4,167 nt of DNA from IMG/VR virus record IMGVR_UViG_2660238230_000002; one strand, 5' to 3'. Numbering within the stretch: the first letter of the stretch is position 1; the number at the start of each line of letters is the position of its first letter. The notes beneath the pieces were generated by a model, which searched no databases, was not told the origin of the DNA, and saw nothing but the letters and a program-made list of their open reading frames with translations. A program made the position numbers and the translations under genes. Below, piece after piece: positions 1 through 4,167 of the stretch. This stretch comes from a virus (Duplodnaviria; Heunggongvirae; Uroviricota; Caudoviricetes).

Positions 1-153
1 CCTTCGTAGCCTTCTGACGGCATTAACACTTTCGAGCGGCCAGGTAGCGTGCAGCCGCCGCCTGCCATGTAAACTTCGATTTCCGCATCGTCATTGTCGG
101 GGATGATGTCCCAGGTATCAGATACAAAAAGGGCCGCCAGCTCATAACGCCTC
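1..153 (-). CDS. Partial CDS fragment of unidentified product, open to the window start and cut by the IS5 left end
   Basis: The minus-strand frame is open across the whole 153 nt and reads [51 protein letters not shown]. Both other minus frames and two of three plus frames contain stops. I do not recognise the protein. Confidence 0.3.
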
Positions 154-154
154 C

Positions 155-170
155 GGAAGGTGCGAACAAG
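155..170. repeat. IS5 terminal inverted repeat, transposase-proximal end
   Basis: GGAAGGTGCGAACAAG matches 15 of 16 positions of the inverted partner at 1334-1349. Confidence 0.95.
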
Positions 171-177
171 TCCCTGA

Positions 178-1203
<1,026 letters not shown>

Positions 1204-1333
1204 AAACTGGGGATAACGCCTTAAATGGCGAAGAAACGGTCTAAATAGGCTGATTCAAGGCATTTACGGGAGAAAAAATCGACTCAAACATGAAGAAATG
1301 AAATGACTGAGTCAGCCGAGAAGAATTTCCCCG

Positions 1334-1349
1334 CTTATTCGCACCTTCC
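1334..1349. repeat. IS5 terminal inverted repeat, distal end
   Basis: CTTATTCGCACCTTCC is the reverse complement of GGAAGGTGCGAATAAG. It is followed by CTAA (1350-1353), a typical IS5 target tetranucleotide. Confidence 0.95.
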
Positions 1350-1441
1350 CTAAACAACAGACCGAGAAAGACACTGAAGTTCAAAACACCGAAAGAGATA
1401 ATTGAAAGGGGTGTTGCATTGACAGATTGAATCTACAACAG

Positions 1442-1648
1442 GCCCGCTGGCAGGATGTCTGGCAGCTCTTGCCGGTGGTGGTCACTGCAGTCCCTGTCGT
1501 GTTACTGCTGGCGAATCAACTGAACCTGCTCAACCTCAGCGACAGCACCGCCCATACGCTGGGAGTGAACCTGACGAGGCTACGTTTGGTCATCAATATG
1601 TTAGTGCTGCTTCTGGTTGGTGCGTGCGTCAGCGTGGCAGGTCCGGTC
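1442..1648 (+). pseudogene. Internal fragment (about 70 aa) of a FecCD-family iron-siderophore/citrate ABC permease, possibly fecC-like; no native start or stop
   Basis: [69 protein letters not shown] carries the characteristic FecCD motif (L-x-L-G/S-D-x-x-A-x-x-LG ... hydrophobic helix ... AGPI/V) seen in FepD, FepG, FecD and BtuC. It sits in the middle of ORF 1427-1972. The frame opens only at 1406 after a TGA, and the upstream 1350-1440 is AT-rich and non-coding in appearance. Confidence 0.6.
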
Positions 1649-1878
1649 ACCCGCGATCGCCTGCTGGCATTTCTCGATCAAGAGATGTCAGATTCTCTCT
1701 CCTATCACTTCTGGAACAGTGGCGTAGGGATTCGTCCCAACGAAGAGGACGAGAAGATCGAAGGCTGTGACGATGGTGTGATCATGCATCTGAAGTCGGG
1801 TAAAAAACTGAAAGCTGACTGCCTGCTCTATGCCAACGGTCGCACCGGTAATACCGATTCGCTGGCGTTACAGAACAT
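1649..1878 (+). pseudogene. sthA: Internal fragment (about 76 aa) of soluble pyridine nucleotide transhydrogenase SthA/UdhA, fused in frame to the permease fragment
   Basis: [76 protein letters not shown] matches the central region of E. coli SthA nearly residue for residue as I recall it. Similarity stops at about 1878, after which the frame reads [17 protein letters not shown]... and ends at TGA 1970-1972. Confidence 0.8.
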
Positions 1879-2162
1879 GGAAAACGCGTCGAGCCAGTGG
1901 TTCCGCAGTCCACCGAGCAGGGCTGGTATATCGACAAATCACGCTTTGATTTCCATATCGATCCGGTGCTGAACCAGTCGGTCGGTGGAACGCACTGGAC
2001 TGCCAGCGCACGCTGCCGCTTTACCTGCAAGCCAGCTTGCTGCCGAAAGCCGAACGTGGCGAACTGGTCGCAAAAGCCATTGATGTCTTCCCGCAGTTTG
2101 TCCGTTTCCCGAATACGCTGGAAGAAGTGGCGGCGCTGGAGAGTATTGAAGAGTGCTGGTAA
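1879..2162 (+). pseudogene. Unidentified coding fragment or fragments; the downstream part is a C-terminal gene end with a TAA stop at 2160-2162
   Basis: One frame is open from 1950 to 2159 and reads [70 protein letters not shown] then stop. A second frame is protein-like across 1864-1990 ([33 protein letters not shown]). This is either one gene tail with a frameshift or two separate pieces. I do not recognise the product. Confidence 0.3.
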
Positions 2163-2411
2163 GATGGTCAGCGTGTCGCCGCGCCGCAGCTGCCGCACAT
2201 CATCAGTCCGGACAAACAGGGACGGGCTGGAGCCTTCAACGCGCACGCCCTGTCCGGCATAGCTGATATTTTCAGGGTCATCAAAAACACCACGTATCAC
2301 AGCACCGGACTGCTCACCGGATGTCATGGTGGCTGACGTTCCCATGTACCCGCGTATCGTTTCATCGGCGCAGGCAATGGCAGCATCGAACAGGTTATCG
2401 AAATCAGCCAC
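2163..2411 (-). pseudogene. FII: Lambda-type head-tail joining protein FII, N-terminal 83 codons only (3'-truncated), GTG start at 2409-2411
   Basis: The minus-strand translation MADFDNLFDAAIACADETIRGYMGTSATMTSGEQSGAVIRGVFDDPENISYAGQGVRVEGSSPSLFVRTDDVRQLRRGDTLTI matches lambda gpFII. Similarity ends exactly at 2163, and the 209-aa ORF 1782-2411 continues as antisense read-through of the neighbouring fragment. Confidence 0.85.
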
Positions 2412-2422
2412 AGCGCCTCCCG

Positions 2423-2818
2423 TTATTGCATTCTGGCCAGGCCGCGCGCTGTCATTTCGGCTGCCACACCGGCAGAGACACGGAACGCCGTTCCCGGCAG
2501 CACAAATGCCACAGCCTCATCCCGCGTGGCGTGAAGTGCATCAGTATGCAGCGTCACCAGTGCCACAACCGTGACCAGAGCAGCCGTATCAGTCACGGTA
2601 TCCGTCTGTGCTGATACCACCTCATTTTCATGTCCGGTCAGTGCATTTTCCGGGCTGACAGACGTGTCCTGACCGGCTGCGTCATCCGTGTCATCAAGCT
2701 CCTCTTCCAGCTCTGCCACACGGAGCGCCAGTTCTTCTTTCGTCCCCGTCAGGCTGACATCACGGTTCAGTTGCTCACCCAGCGACCGGAGACGGGCAAT
2801 CAGTTCATCTTTCGTCAT
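2423..2818 (-). CDS. FI: Lambda-type DNA-packaging protein FI, apparently full length (131 aa plus stop)
   Basis: MTKDELIARLRSLGEQLNRDVSLTGTKEELALRVAELEEELDD...HTDALHATRDEAVAFVLPGTAFRVSAGVAAEMTARGLARMQ matches lambda gpFI. The ATG is at 2816-2818 on the minus strand. The 11-bp gap to the FII start and 41-bp gap from the E stop match the spacing I recall for lambda. The track ORF 2423-2857 over-extends by 13 codons upstream. Confidence 0.88.
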   Translation of the reverse strand: MTKDELIARLRSLGEQLNRDVSLTGTKEELALRVAELEEELDDTDDAAGQDTSVSPENALTGHENEVVSAQTDTVTDTAALVTVVALVTLHTDALHATRDEAVAFVLPGTAFRVSAGVAAEMTARGLARMQ

Positions 2819-2859
2819 GAACTCCTCCACAGAGAGAAAATGGCCCCGAAGGGCCACGA

Positions 2860-3836
<977 letters not shown>

Positions 3837-4022
3837 TACGGCTGTCGGTTTACGTTTACGTTTTATTTATTCGGGTTCTTTAGTTTTCTATTTTTAACTC
3901 TTTTGTGTTGAGAAGCAGCCGTGTTTATTCATTTTGTCAACAGACAGGGGCGAAATCTTCTGGTGAATATAAAAGACATCAGTTTCGTTGTTCAGAAAGG
4001 CATTTTTTGTGAGATTCATATC

Positions 4023-4167
4023 AGCGCGCAAATTTCCTGTGCCATGCCCTACACCTACGGCAGTAATGATGGCAACAGCACCACGGATATTGAAAACAGC
4101 AAGCTGGTCGTGATGTTTGGTAACAACCCGGCAGAAACCCGCATGAGCGGCGGTGGCATCACTTATC
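4023..4167 (+). pseudogene. Internal fragment of a DMSO-reductase-family molybdoenzyme catalytic subunit (DmsA/YnfE/YnfF-like), running off the window end
   Basis: SAQISCAMPYTYGSNDGNSTTDIENSKLVVMFGNNPAETRMSGGGITY parallels the DmsA segment SAQIAEGLNYTYGGWADGNSPSDIENSKLVVLFGNNPGETRMSGGGVTYY. The in-frame sequence upstream (FCEIHI...) has no similarity and lies in AT-rich DNA, so the gene is not entered from its native 5' region. Confidence 0.6.

Noticed and set aside
1427-1972. A natural bifunctional permease-transhydrogenase protein
   Set aside because: Both halves are internal fragments lacking their native termini and essential domains, and the join falls mid-domain, so a functional fusion protein is implausible.
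1897-2262. 121-aa plus-strand ORF read as a single gene
   Set aside because: Its first part may be real coding sequence (frame A of the unknown fragment), but beyond about 1990 it runs out of frame through the gene tail and then antisense through lambda FII. As a whole it is not a genuine CDS.
1782-2411. 209-aa minus-strand ORF that could be taken for one intact gene
   Set aside because: Only the first 83 codons match lambda FII. The rest is antisense read-through of the unrelated plus-strand fragment at 1879-2162, so the ORF is a junction artefact.

Overview
This 4.2 kb window reads as a patchwork of unrelated gene fragments rather than a coherent locus, and I found no intact novel system in it. 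Two elements are complete: an IS5 insertion sequence (155-1349, 1195 bp, 16-bp imperfect terminal inverted repeats, InsH transposase on the + strand) and a phage lambda-type FI DNA-packaging gene (2423-2818, - strand). Everything else is a truncated piece joined at abrupt, non-canonical breakpoints: an unidentified minus-strand coding fragment (1-153), a FecCD-family iron-siderophore permease fragment fused in frame to an sthA fragment (together ORF 1427-1972), an unidentified fragment ending at a TAA stop (1879-2162), a lambda FII-FI-E block whose spacing matches my recollection of lambda (2163-3228), the 3' part of an IS100/IS21-family istB plus element end (3231-3836), an AT-rich non-coding stretch, and a DmsA/YnfE/YnfF-like fragment running off the window end. 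IS5 has no matching 4-bp target duplication. All identifications are from recalled protein and element sequences, with no searches run. The leading explanations are an assembly or ligation chimera, a synthetic or shuffled construct, or an extremely rearranged prophage/IS graveyard, and read-level evidence is needed to decide.
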